Below, in pieces: positions 9,226-18,633 of a stretch of 24,000 nt of DNA. Where the stretch lies: NCBI GenBank assembly GCA_028698875.1, contig JAQVVR010000009.1, positions 9,657 to 33,656 of the forward strand, written 5' to 3'. The notes under the pieces are model-generated. The model saw nothing but the letters and a program-made list of their open reading frames with translations. It was not told the origin of the DNA and searched no databases. Source of the DNA: Candidatus Izemoplasmatales bacterium (lineage in GTDB: Bacteria; Bacillota_I; Bacilli_A; Izemoplasmatales; Hujiaoplasmataceae). Every line of letters begins with the position of its first letter. Position 1 is the first letter of the stretch. The position numbers and the translations under genes were made by a program.

Positions 9226-9555
9226 ATGGATAACCAACTTGCCGAGAAAATCCGGTATAATTCGCTGTTTGACTTATATGGATCGCTATTGACGGAAAAA
9301 CAACGGGAATATTTTGAATACTATTATTCCGAAGATTATTCGTTATCAGAAATCGCCGATTTGTTAAAAGTTAGCCGTAATGCGGTCTATGATCAAATTA
9401 AGATTGTCCTCAGCCATTTGGAAATATATGAAAAAAAATTGGGACTATTAAAGCAAAAACATAAGCAAAATATGATTGGCGAACAAATAAAAGCATTGTA
9501 TCCAAATGATGCTCAATTGGATTCGCTGGTTGAAAAACTTAAAAAGACGGAGTGA
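9226..9555 (+). CDS. ylxM: YlxM/p13-like putative HTH protein (UPF0122) of the SRP operon
   Basis: The 109-aa protein has a sigma-70 region-4-like HTH (YSLSEIADLLKVSRNAVYDQI). It sits in the conserved position between ftsY and ffh. Confidence 0.8.
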   Translation: MDNQLAEKIRYNSLFDLYGSLLTEKQREYFEYYYSEDYSLSEIADLLKVSRNAVYDQIKIVLSHLEIYEKKLGLLKQKHKQNMIGEQIKALYPNDAQLDSLVEKLKKTE

Positions 9556-9562
9556 GGCAGCC

Positions 9563-10948
9563 ATGGCTTTTGAAAATTTAACTAAAAGATTACAGATGGC
9601 GTTACGTCGAATTGCTGGCAAAACGCACTTGACAGAAAATGATATTGAAGAGATGATGAAGGAAGTTCGGCTTTCGCTTTTAGAAGCCGACGTCAATTAC
9701 AAAGTTGTCAAGGATTTTACCTTTGAGATTAAAGAACTGGCTTTGGGTGAAAAGATCATGAAAGGTCTTAATCCTGGAGAACAGGTTGTCAAAATCGTCA
9801 ACGATGAATTAATCAAATTAATGGGACCCGACGCTGAGACGGTTAAGTTCTCGCCAGGGGCAAAAACAGTAATTATGATGGTTGGCCTTCAAGGCGCCGG
9901 CAAAACGACAACGGCGGGTAAATTAGGTTGGTTTTTGAGAAAAAACAACGAAAAGAAACCGTTGTTAATCGCTGCGGATATTTACCGACCAGCCGCGATT
10001 GATCAGTTAGTTTCAGTTGGTGAAAAACTTGATATTCCCGTTTTTTCGCTAGGGACAACCATTAAACCCGAGGAAATAGTTATCAAAGGATTAAAATACG
10101 CTGATGAAAACAACTTTGATTTAGTCATCATTGATACCGCTGGCCGACTTCATATCAACGAAACATTGATGGATGAATTGGTTAGTATTAAAAAAATCGC
10201 TACTCCTGATGAAATATTATTAACCGTCGATGCGATGACGGGTCAAGATGCTGTAAATGTTTCGGTGGCGTTTAATGAAGCGCTGGGAATTACGGGCTGT
10301 ATTTTAACCAAACTTGATGGTGATACTCGTGGGGGAGCAGCACTTTCAATTAGAAAGATGACGGGTATCCCCATCAAATTTTCTGGAACTGGAGAAAAGC
10401 TAACAGAAATCGAAATATTTCATCCCGAACGCATGGCTTCGCGGATTCTGGGCATGGGTGACATATTGTCGCTCATTGAAAAAGCGACCGAATCAATTGA
10501 TGAAGCGGAAGCAATGTCAATGATGGAAAAGATGATGTCAGGGAATTTTAATTTTAATGATCTATTGAAGCAAATGAAAATGGTGAAGCGGATGGGAGCG
10601 TTTTCGGGAATTTTAAAAATGCTTCCTGGGGGATCGCAACTGCAAAATGTCGATAAAGTCGATGATAAACAATTAGTCTACATTGAGGCCATTATTCATT
10701 CCATGACTATAGATGAACGCAAGAAACCAGAGCTTTTGGAACGCAGTAGTTCGCGTCGCAATCGTGTGGCCTCGGGCTCAGGAAGAAGCACAACCGAAGT
10801 TAATCGATTGATATCCTTACTTGAAAAACAAACCCAAATGATGAAACGGATGCCAGGTATGAGTCCATCAGCCCTTGAGAAAATGGCCTCGGGTGAAGCT
10901 ATAAAAGTCAATCCTAAACCGGGAAAAGGGCGAGGCTTCCATTACTAA
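9563..10948 (+). CDS. ffh: Signal recognition particle protein Ffh
   Basis: ATG at 9563 gives MAFENLTKRLQ, the canonical Ffh N-terminus. Motifs GLQGAGKTTT, DTAGR and TKLDGD are present, plus a Met-rich M domain. The ATG at 9506 in the ORF track lies inside ylxM and is rejected. Confidence 0.95.
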   Translation: MAFENLTKRLQMALRRIAGKTHLTENDIEEMMKEVRLSLLEADVNYKVVKDFTFEIKELALGEKIMKGLNPGEQVVKIVNDELIKLMGPDAETVKFSPGAKTVIMMVGLQGAGKTTTAGKLGWFLRKNNEKKPLLIAADIYRPAAIDQLVSVGEKLDIPVFSLGTTIKPEEIVIKGLKYADENNFDLVIIDTAGRLHINETLMDELVSIKKIATPDEILLTVDAMTGQDAVNVSVAFNEALGITGCILTKLDGDTRGGAALSIRKMTGIPIKFSGTGEKLTEIEIFHPERMASRILGMGDILSLIEKATESIDEAEAMSMMEKMMSGNFNFNDLLKQMKMVKRMGAFSGILKMLPGGSQLQNVDKVDDKQLVYIEAIIHSMTIDERKKPELLERSSSRRNRVASGSGRSTTEVNRLISLLEKQTQMMKRMPGMSPSALEKMASGEAIKVNPKPGKGRGFHY

Positions 10949-10952
10949 ATAT

Positions 10953-11005
10953 AAAAAACCCGCGCAACACTACTCATTAATATGAGTTGGTATCGCGGGG
11001 TTTTT
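10953..11005. terminator. Bidirectional terminator between the convergent ffh and Cof-type HAD genes
   Basis: An A run precedes CCCGCG (10959-10964), which pairs with CGCGGG (10994-10999). An inner hairpin is formed by ACTCAT-taat-ATGAGT. TTTTT follows at 11001-11005. Confidence 0.75.
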
Positions 11006-11022
11006 ATTATATAAGCAAACGA

Positions 11023-11856
11023 TTATCGAATGGTTCCGTCAATGTGGAAAAAGTCGTTTAAAAACCGAACAACAGCATTTTCGCTACTATCATAGATAAG
11101 AATTCGGTTCGCCACTTTTAGAAGGTCTGGATGGCTACCTTTGATTGCAACCCGAATGGCTGCTTGTTCAAACATTTCTAAATCATTATGACCATCGCCG
11201 ATGGCAATTATTCTGGGTTTGGAAAAGCCAAGATAGTCACTGACATATGCCAAAGCTTTTCCCTTATTAAATTCTGGTGTGAAGATTTCGACAATCGAAT
11301 CAAACTCACCTTTTAAGTCCCAGACTCGAGCTAATACTTTTCCTTGATACTTGGCATTGACATAGTCTTCGATAGCCTTGCCACAGCCTTGCTTGCCAAT
11401 GATTATAAAACCGTTTGGGTCCTCTTTCAAAGTGTCTTTTAGATGGCCAAGAAAGATTTCGGATTCATTTGTGATATGAAGAAGGGGATCGATAGCGTGC
11501 TCCTCGTGAAACAGATAAATATTATCCTTGACTTCACTGAAGGCATTACGAATATATTGAACATTGTTTTCAAAAATATCGATGATGTATTCTTTTTTTA
11601 ATGTGAAGTTAAGTGGTACAAACAAAGAATCATATGGACTGGTTATCAAGCCACCATTATAATTAATGATTGGCGTATCTAACTTAAAGCGATCGTAAAC
11701 AAAACGACTACTCCGGAATGGACGTCCCGTGGCGATCACGATTTTATGACCGAGATTTTGCAGTTTGTGCATAAAAACGCATACTGATTCATCCAATGAG
11801 TCAAAATCATAAAGCAATGTTCCATCAAGATCAATTGCAATCAAATAATTATCCAT
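11023..11856 (-). CDS. Cof-type HAD-IIB sugar/phosphate phosphatase (YidA/Cof family)
   Basis: Start ATG at 11856 is preceded by AAGGTG. The motifs are IAIDLDGTLL (DxD), TGR, and GDGHNDLEMF. It is the only minus-strand gene in the window. Confidence 0.8.
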   Translation of the reverse strand: MDNYLIAIDLDGTLLYDFDSLDESVCVFMHKLQNLGHKIVIATGRPFRSSRFVYDRFKLDTPIINYNGGLITSPYDSLFVPLNFTLKKEYIIDIFENNVQYIRNAFSEVKDNIYLFHEEHAIDPLLHITNESEIFLGHLKDTLKEDPNGFIIIGKQGCGKAIEDYVNAKYQGKVLARVWDLKGEFDSIVEIFTPEFNKGKALAYVSDYLGFSKPRIIAIGDGHNDLEMFEQAAIRVAIKGSHPDLLKVANRILIYDSSENAVVRFLNDFFHIDGTIR

Positions 11857-11875
11857 ATCATTCACCTTTTGAGTA

Positions 11876-11904
11876 ATTATCTCATAGAACGGAAAAATAT
11901 GCAA
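11876..11904 (-). promoter_or_regulatory. Candidate promoter for the Cof-type HAD gene
   Basis: On the minus strand: TTGCAT (11904-11899), 17-nt spacer, extended -10 TGaGATAAT (GATAAT 11881-11876). Confidence 0.4.
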
Positions 11905-11926
11905 ACGATAATTCCATTGATTAATG

Positions 11927-11935
11927 TGCTATAAT
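11927..11935 (+). promoter_or_regulatory. Extended -10 promoter element for the membrane-protein/ftsK operon
   Basis: TGcTATAAT (TG 11927-11928, TATAAT 11930-11935). It is divergent from the HAD promoter. Confidence 0.45.
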
Positions 11936-11969
11936 ATTATATAATTTTCATGATAGAGAGGTGCCAAAA

Positions 11970-12785
11970 ATGCTGATGGGAATGACAATTTCTGTTCTTC
12001 ATATGATATTCTTGGGCATAGAATGGCCAGATATCATCAACTTTTTATTAGGAATGGGAACGGGATTCGTTCTTTTAAGTTTGGCGGTCGCTATGCTTTT
12101 GATTTCCGGGCAGAATAAACAAAAGAAACGGATTGTTTTTAGTAAACAAGAACCACTCAGTACCGCCGCTATTGAAGAGATGATTACCAACAAGCAAAAG
12201 GAACTGACAGAAATATCGCGGGTATCTGACAACGCTTATTTCCGAGTTGCTTTCGATTTGGCTTTTGAATTGATGAATGAGATTGCTAAGTATTATTTTC
12301 CCACGGCCCGATACCCATTATACGAACTTTCGGCTCAAGAAGTCATTGATCTCAATTATTATATCACCAAGCGAATCGACAAACTTATCAGTGGCAAGTT
12401 TATCGGACGGTTCAAAAAATATAAAATTTCTACCATTGTTGATATTTTGAATAAGAAGAAGGCAATTGATAATAGCAAATTAATGAAAATCAACCGCGAG
12501 TACAAGATATCCAAAATATGGACCATTGGATCGGCCATCCTAAATTATGCTAATCCGATATACTGGTTCAGAAAACTGGCCTTAAAGCCGTCGACGACCC
12601 TAGTTATTAAAGAGTTATGTAAATTCATCATTCGAATTGTCGGTGAAGAAACTGATAAACTTTATAGCAAAAAAATGTTCGCCGAGCCTGAAGATGTTGC
12701 TGCTTTAGAAAAGGCATTCGATGAGGCCGTCCAAGAGGCGGAAACACTTCCTGAAGAAGAAAGCAAGCATAAAGCCAAATCATAA
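11970..12785 (+). CDS. Uncharacterised membrane protein (hydrophobic N-terminus, basic/helical soluble body, acidic tail)
   Basis: ATG at 11970 lies 8 nt after GAGG (11958-11961). The N-terminal hydrophobic stretches are ISVLHMIFLGI and FLLGMGTGFVLLSLAVAMLLI. I recognise no family signature. Its stop is 10 nt before the ftsK ATG. Confidence 0.6.
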   Translation: MLMGMTISVLHMIFLGIEWPDIINFLLGMGTGFVLLSLAVAMLLISGQNKQKKRIVFSKQEPLSTAAIEEMITNKQKELTEISRVSDNAYFRVAFDLAFELMNEIAKYYFPTARYPLYELSAQEVIDLNYYITKRIDKLISGKFIGRFKKYKISTIVDILNKKKAIDNSKLMKINREYKISKIWTIGSAILNYANPIYWFRKLALKPSTTLVIKELCKFIIRIVGEETDKLYSKKMFAEPEDVAALEKAFDEAVQEAETLPEEESKHKAKS

Positions 12786-12795
12786 AGAGGCGATA

Positions 12796-14991
12796 ATGAT
12801 GTGCTTATTTAAGAAAAAAATAACATTGGAACGAATCATACCAGGTTATGAACGAACCGAGGATAAACGCGAATTCTTTATCCCCAAGATATCCGAGTTA
12901 GAAGATAAAGAAACGTCGAAACAGAAATTTGTTTCGCCTATTTTTGGCAAACACGTAAAGGATGAAGTCGTTGTTCCTCTGGAACGGAGTTCTTCTGGAG
13001 ATATCGATAAAAAATACGATGCTTTTCGCAAACACAAAAAACTTACCAAAGAAGAGGCAAAACTTCGCTATGGTGATTCCTATTATGACTTCAATACCAT
13101 TCGCAATGCGGATAAACAAAAAATATTGGCTGGAGAAATGGATACGGATTATTTAGCCACTAAAAAAGCCGAAGCTGAAAAGCAAAACGACCCTAGTCTT
13201 CAACCTAGTCATAATGTTCCGGAGACGGACCAAGTATCAATCAATGATTTCTTTGAGACGGTTCGCCAAAACGATAAGCCAATAATATCAACAGAGCCAA
13301 ACACTATCAATTTTGATGATGACTTTGAGCTTAGTCATCAACACAGTGGGGATTTAGATGTAAATCGTTTCGGCCCGGTTGATGAGGAAGAGGAAGCCAG
13401 TCCATTATTTGGTTTTAACGAGACTAAGCCAATATTATCTCGCGAAGAGACTGTTAAGGATCATCTTTCTGATCCAGTTGATACTTTTGATGAGAATGAT
13501 ATCAATCGTCCGGATGATGAAAGACTAGAATTATTACGGAATCAAATAATTACTAATTTTGATAACTACGTCTTGCCACCAGTGGCGATTCTCAAAAAAT
13601 CGGCACCGCGATCATCAGATGTTCCCAGTTGGATTCAGAAGAACATTGATATTATAAATCAAACGATGCTTTCTTTCGATATCATTGGTGATGTAAGCAG
13701 CTTCACCAAAGGCCCAACAGTTACAAGATATGAAATATCACTTGGGGCTGGAGTGCCGACAAAAAAGATTACGGCAATTTCCGACAATTTTCAAATGAAT
13801 CTAGCAGCGCACTCAATTCGGATTGAAGCACCTATTCCTGGGAAAACAACCATTGGAATTGAAGTTCCTAATGAAGTTAGAGAGTCGGTTTGCTTTGGTG
13901 ATGTTGTTGACAACGCAAAGTTCCTTCAGTCAAAGGATCCTTTAATTGTGGCAATTGGGTTAGATATTGATGCAAATCCCGTCTATACTTCCCTTGAAAC
14001 CATGCCCCATGGACTTGTGGCTGGAAGCACTCAAAGTGGAAAATCAGTTTGTATCGCTTCGATTATTGCTAGTATTCTATACAAAGACAAACCGGATATT
14101 GTTAAATTATTACTCATTGATCCCAAAAAAGTCGATTTGCAACAATTTGCTGATATTCCACATCTTGTCACACCAATCATTGATGATACAAAAACAGCTA
14201 TCGAAGCATTAAAATGGACTTGTTCGGAAATGGAAAGACGATATGATGTTTTGAAACGGTTTAAAGCGGTTAATGTAAAAGATTATTATGAACGTCGAAT
14301 TCATGACATTGAATTTGAAAAGATGCCTCGCCTTGTTATCATCGTCGAAGAGGCCTCGGATTTATTGATTAATGGTGGACCGGAAGTAGAAGAAACCATT
14401 CTTAGACTGACGCAAAAATCTCGCGCTGTTGGTATTCATCTAATATTGGCAACGCAAAGACCTTCAGCGGATATTCTTAAAGGGGCAATCAAAGCCAATA
14501 TTCCGACTCGGTTTGCCTTCAAAGTGCCTTCTACAACTGACTCAATGGTGGTTTTGGATACGACCGGGGCTGAAAAGCTTCTTGGCCGAGGAGATATGTT
14601 GCTTTCTGAAAATGGATTGATAAGACGATTACAGGGTGTATTTCTTTCTCCAAATGAGATTGAGACAATAACCAATTTCATCAAAAAACAAGCTTATCCT
14701 CAATATATGTTTACGCATGACACTTTAATCAAAGCCTCGAAAACTGTTGATGAAGGCGCTGAACTTGATGAACTTTTTCCGGTAGTGGCCAAATATGTTG
14801 TTAATGAAGAAAAATGTTCGCTCAATAAGATTACCCAAGAATTTGGCATTGGCTTTAATAGGGCTACTCAGATTGTATCATCATTAGAACTATATGGTAT
14901 CGTATCACGAAATGTGGGAACTAAACCGCGAGAAGTACTAATCAGTGATATGCGTTTACATGAGATTTTGGAAAAACTCGGAGTAAATTAA
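12796..14991 (+). CDS. ftsK: FtsK/SpoIIIE-family DNA translocase without transmembrane segments (SftA-like architecture)
   Basis: ATG ATG at 12796/12799 lies 5 nt after AAAGAGG (12784-12790). An acidic, low-complexity N-terminal region of about 300 aa has no hydrophobic helix. The motor motifs are PHGLVAGSTQSGKSV (Walker A), LVIIVEEASDL (Walker B variant) and HLILATQRPS. A gamma winged-helix lies at the C-terminus. Confidence 0.88.
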   Translation: MMCLFKKKITLERIIPGYERTEDKREFFIPKISELEDKETSKQKFVSPIFGKHVKDEVVVPLERSSSGDIDKKYDAFRKHKKLTKEEAKLRYGDSYYDFNTIRNADKQKILAGEMDTDYLATKKAEAEKQNDPSLQPSHNVPETDQVSINDFFETVRQNDKPIISTEPNTINFDDDFELSHQHSGDLDVNRFGPVDEEEEASPLFGFNETKPILSREETVKDHLSDPVDTFDENDINRPDDERLELLRNQIITNFDNYVLPPVAILKKSAPRSSDVPSWIQKNIDIINQTMLSFDIIGDVSSFTKGPTVTRYEISLGAGVPTKKITAISDNFQMNLAAHSIRIEAPIPGKTTIGIEVPNEVRESVCFGDVVDNAKFLQSKDPLIVAIGLDIDANPVYTSLETMPHGLVAGSTQSGKSVCIASIIASILYKDKPDIVKLLLIDPKKVDLQQFADIPHLVTPIIDDTKTAIEALKWTCSEMERRYDVLKRFKAVNVKDYYERRIHDIEFEKMPRLVIIVEEASDLLINGGPEVEETILRLTQKSRAVGIHLILATQRPSADILKGAIKANIPTRFAFKVPSTTDSMVVLDTTGAEKLLGRGDMLLSENGLIRRLQGVFLSPNEIETITNFIKKQAYPQYMFTHDTLIKASKTVDEGAELDELFPVVAKYVVNEEKCSLNKITQEFGIGFNRATQIVSSLELYGIVSRNVGTKPREVLISDMRLHEILEKLGVN

Positions 14992-15001
14992 TGGAGTCGT
15001 T

Positions 15002-15808
15002 ATGCAAAACAACGTGGAACCGGAAGTAACGCTTTTTGATCCACCCGCACCATCGGAGGAACAAATCAAGCAAAATGCCGATTTGATGCGAAAATCATTT
15101 AAGAACATTTTAATATTTTTGATTTCAATGACGATTGCCCTAGTAATCGTCATTTTATGCCAAAGCCGAAAGTTGTTCATCTTTAATTTCACCAATAATT
15201 ATCTTAGCGATGATTCCGAATTATGGTTTTTCCGAATCATCATGGTGGGAATCGTCTTCTCTTCAGTTGTTTATAGTATCTGGTTTATTGTAAAATATTA
15301 CCAACGGAAAAAAATGGATATTGGCAAACAATCAACCACATATGAAGTCTTTAAAAAATGGTTTGATCGCTTGGATTTATTAACGGTTGTGCCTGTCTTT
15401 TTGGCGGTGATCACGTTTGCCAGCGGCTTTATTTTCAGCACCGCAGTGGTGGAGCAGGAATCAATGCAACCTACATACTATGCAGGCGATCGGGTTATTA
15501 TCTATTATTTTTTTGAAACCTATACAAATAATGACGTTGTCATTGTCGATGCTACGACACAATTATTGATAAAAAGGATTATTGGTATTCCTGGAGATTA
15601 TTTAGTTGTCGATGCGACCGGAGTATACGTTAACACGATCCAAATCGCTGATAATGTGCCAAGTGGGTATATTCCTTATGATGGTACAATCCCAGAAGGT
15701 AAATACTTTATCATGGGTGATAATTCCACAAATTCCGAAGATAGTCGCATTGATGGATTCTATAACGAGGATCAACTACTAGGAAAAGTAATTTATCCCG
15801 AAGGCTAA
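15002..15808 (+). CDS. lepB: Signal peptidase I with an extended N-terminus carrying 3 hydrophobic segments
   Basis: ESMQPTY (catalytic Ser box), LIKRIIGIPGD (catalytic Lys box) and GDNSTNSEDSR (box E) are present. GGAG lies at 14993-14996. Confidence 0.88.
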   Translation: MQNNVEPEVTLFDPPAPSEEQIKQNADLMRKSFKNILIFLISMTIALVIVILCQSRKLFIFNFTNNYLSDDSELWFFRIIMVGIVFSSVVYSIWFIVKYYQRKKMDIGKQSTTYEVFKKWFDRLDLLTVVPVFLAVITFASGFIFSTAVVEQESMQPTYYAGDRVIIYYFFETYTNNDVVIVDATTQLLIKRIIGIPGDYLVVDATGVYVNTIQIADNVPSGYIPYDGTIPEGKYFIMGDNSTNSEDSRIDGFYNEDQLLGKVIYPEG

Positions 15809-15831
15809 ATGAAAAAAAGGAGGTGAACCTT

Positions 15832-16692
15832 GTGGCACAAATTCAATGGTTTCCCGGCCATATGGCCAAAGCCCGAAGATTAGTTGAAGCGAAAATGGGT
15901 TTAGTTGATATCGTCTTTGAACTTCTTGATGCCCGGATTCCCGCCGCATCAGCTAATCCCGTGATTGCGGAAATAATAAAAAATAAACCGCGATTAATAA
16001 TATTAAATAAAGCCGATTTGGCTGATCAAATCGAATTGATTAAATGGCTAAACTTTTATAAAAAACAGGGATTCAATGCCGTCACGACTAACTCACTTGC
16101 CGGTGAATCGGTTAACAAGATATTACCAGAATGTGACAAGATGCTGGCCAGTATTGCCACTAAAGAAGCCACAAAAGGGTTAAGACCCAGAGCATATCGA
16201 GCGATGGTTCTTGGTATTCCTAATGTTGGGAAATCAGCTTTCATCAACCGTTTGGCTAAACGCAGCGCGACAAAAACCGGAGATAAACCGGGTGTTACCC
16301 AAGCGCAGCAATATATTAAAGTGAGCGACAAACTAGAATTATTGGATAATCCAGGCATACTATGGCCAAAGTTCGAAGTTCCTGGGGTGGGAATGAAACT
16401 GTCATTGGTGGGCTCAATCAAAGATGAAATCTTACCACTGGAGGACATTGTCGCCTATGGAATTAAATATGTGTCAACCAATTATCCAGGCTTGATTGAA
16501 AAACGGTATCAGATTGATACTATTGATACCAACAATTTGCTTAGTACATATGATGCAATCGGAAGAAGCCGCGGCTGTTTATTAACGGGCAACCGAATTG
16601 ATTATGAGCGAGTCATGCGGGTTTTTCTTGATGATCTCCGCCATCAGAAAATTGGTAATATCAACTTTGAAAAGGTCGAAGATTATGTATGA
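15832..16692 (+). CDS. rbgA: Ribosome biogenesis GTPase A (YlqF/RbgA)
   Basis: GTG at 15832 lies 8 nt after AGGAGG (15818-15823). The N-terminus is IQWFPGHMAKARR. The circularly permuted GTPase motifs are NKADL, GIPNVGKS and DNPG. The GTG at 15823 in the ORF track overlaps the RBS and is rejected. Confidence 0.9.
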   Translation: MAQIQWFPGHMAKARRLVEAKMGLVDIVFELLDARIPAASANPVIAEIIKNKPRLIILNKADLADQIELIKWLNFYKKQGFNAVTTNSLAGESVNKILPECDKMLASIATKEATKGLRPRAYRAMVLGIPNVGKSAFINRLAKRSATKTGDKPGVTQAQQYIKVSDKLELLDNPGILWPKFEVPGVGMKLSLVGSIKDEILPLEDIVAYGIKYVSTNYPGLIEKRYQIDTIDTNNLLSTYDAIGRSRGCLLTGNRIDYERVMRVFLDDLRHQKIGNINFEKVEDYV

Positions 16693-17305
16693 ATATGAAA
16701 ACGATCTATATCGAAAAGGCTTTGTTTCTGTCTGTGGAGTCGATGAAGCAGGTCGCGGACCACTTGCGGGACCGGTAGTTGCAGGGGCTGTGATTCTTAA
16801 TCCAAATCATATTATCGAAGGCTTAAATGATTCAAAAAAATTGACGCCCAAGAAACGCGAAATATTAGCCGAAGCCATAAAAAAATATGCTTTGGCATAT
16901 GGGGTCGGCTACGTTTTCGAAACGGAAATTGATCAAATCAACATCTATGAAGCTTCAAGGAAAGCGATGGTCAAGGCCATCGAAACACTTAAGATTGATC
17001 CAGACTTTATTTTGACAGACGCAATGCCGCTTTTTACTTCACCCATTCCATATTTAGCTTTAATCAAAGGTGATCAAATTTCTGCATCGATTGCGGCGGC
17101 CAGCATTCTCGCAAAAGTATCGAGAGACGAATATATGGTTGCGATGGATAATAAATATCCTAATTATGGTTTTGCAATCCATAAAGGATATCCGACCAAA
17201 AATCATTTACTGGCTTTGAAACAATATGGACCTTGTCCAATTCATCGAAAGACATATCGCCCAGTACGGGTTTTATTGGAACAGCAACAGCAATTAGTAC
17301 TATAG
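16685..17305 (+). CDS. rnhB: Ribonuclease HII
   Basis: ATG at 16685 overlaps the rbgA stop (ATGTATGA). The motifs are GVDEAGRGPLAGPVV and DSKKL. rbgA-rnhB synteny matches Bacillus. Confidence 0.92.
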   Translation: MYEYENDLYRKGFVSVCGVDEAGRGPLAGPVVAGAVILNPNHIIEGLNDSKKLTPKKREILAEAIKKYALAYGVGYVFETEIDQINIYEASRKAMVKAIETLKIDPDFILTDAMPLFTSPIPYLALIKGDQISASIAAASILAKVSRDEYMVAMDNKYPNYGFAIHKGYPTKNHLLALKQYGPCPIHRKTYRPVRVLLEQQQQLVL

Positions 17306-17318
17306 GAAGGGGTTCATT

Positions 17319-18002
17319 ATGCCAATCAAAAAAGCCATTATTTTTGATCTCGATGGAACTTTATTGGATACGATTAATGACATTTCTGACAGCATGAACG
17401 CTGCCTTAAAGCAATATGGATTGCTTACATTTTCCGTTGAAGAATACAAATATTTTGTTGGCAGTGGTGTGGACGAACTAGTTCGCAACACTATTACGAC
17501 TCAAAAAGCCGACATGAGTTTATTTGCTGACTTAAAGACCATCTATATGGAAAACTATGCTCAAAGGCAACATGTAAAGACAAAACCATTTCCTGGTATT
17601 AAGGAACTGCTGGAAAAGCTAAATGAAATGGGGATAATAATCAATGTCCTTTCTAATAAACCAGATCGTGATACTCAAACCGTAATTAACTACTATTTTC
17701 CAGACATCAAATTTGGACGTGTATACGGAAAACGACCCGGATACGAGGTGAAACCCCACCCCAAAGCAGTTAATGATCTGATAGCCGAATTGCCGATTGA
17801 AAAACGGCTGGTTCTTTATGTTGGCGATACATACACGGATATGATGACTGCCAAAAATGCGGGTTTAACATCCGTTGGTGTCTTGTGGGGATTTCGTAAG
17901 CTAGCGGAACTTCAGGCGGGAGACGCTACATATATCGTTTCTAAACCCGAGGAAATTTTGACCATTTTGGAAGAAGGATACGCTGATGCTTGTCACAATT
18001 AA
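17319..18002 (+). CDS. HAD-IA phosphatase (phosphoglycolate phosphatase / PpaX-like)
   Basis: The motifs are IIFDLDGTLLDT, SNK, and VGDTYTDMMTAKNAG. The substrate cannot be assigned from sequence. Confidence 0.8.
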   Translation: MPIKKAIIFDLDGTLLDTINDISDSMNAALKQYGLLTFSVEEYKYFVGSGVDELVRNTITTQKADMSLFADLKTIYMENYAQRQHVKTKPFPGIKELLEKLNEMGIIINVLSNKPDRDTQTVINYYFPDIKFGRVYGKRPGYEVKPHPKAVNDLIAELPIEKRLVLYVGDTYTDMMTAKNAGLTSVGVLWGFRKLAELQAGDATYIVSKPEEILTILEEGYADACHN

Positions 18003-18549
18003 TGAGTTGTTAACTTATAATCTAGAAGGAAAAGTAATCATCTTTGAAACCGATACCGTGTACGGGATCGGCTGTCTTTACAATGATTTGCCAGCGATTA
18101 AACGCATATATGAGATTAAAAACCGCGAGTATCACAAACCCATGGCCATTCTTTGTGCAAATTTTAATCAGGTTAAAAAACTTGTTAATAACTATTATGT
18201 AATGACCGATTTAGGTAAAAAGTATTGGCCCGGTGCATTAACTCTAATTGGTGAGAAAAGCAATTTGGTTGCCGATTTGATTACTTCGGGTGGACCAACT
18301 GTCGGTGTGCGAATTCCCGATAATGAATTGGCTTTAAAGATCCTTTCACATTTTGGGCCGATGGTTGTAACTAGTTTAAATCAAAGTCATGAACCAGCGA
18401 TTTTACTGTATCGCGATGCTTTAAAATATGAGGCCATTGTTGATTATATTGTTGTGGGTCATGATTTATCACAACTGGCATCAACAGTATATGATCCAAC
18501 ACTTAAAAAAACCATTCGGCAAGGTTCAATCGTTGTGTCTTTAGATTAA
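17986..18549 (+). CDS. tsaC: L-threonylcarbamoyladenylate synthase, short YrdC-type (no Sua5 C-terminal domain)
   Basis: The YrdC motifs are ETDTVYGIGC, KNREYHKPMAIL, WPGALTLI and VGVRIPDN. It is 187 aa and overlaps the upstream HAD gene by 17 nt. Confidence 0.82.
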   Translation: MLVTINELLTYNLEGKVIIFETDTVYGIGCLYNDLPAIKRIYEIKNREYHKPMAILCANFNQVKKLVNNYYVMTDLGKKYWPGALTLIGEKSNLVADLITSGGPTVGVRIPDNELALKILSHFGPMVVTSLNQSHEPAILLYRDALKYEAIVDYIVVGHDLSQLASTVYDPTLKKTIRQGSIVVSLD

Positions 18550-18578
18550 TGGCCTTCAAATCTGAAGTGCCATTTTTT
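18549..18578 (+). terminator. Rho-independent terminator after tsaC
   Basis: A 10-bp stem (18549-18558 with 18563-18573, one bulged T at 18568) closes an AATC loop and runs into the T tract at 18573-18578, whose first T closes the stem. Confidence 0.75.
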
Positions 18579-18633
18579 AATCGTTGTAAACGGCTTAAGT
18601 GTCCGTTTTCTCGACATGATTAGCGAAAATCGT

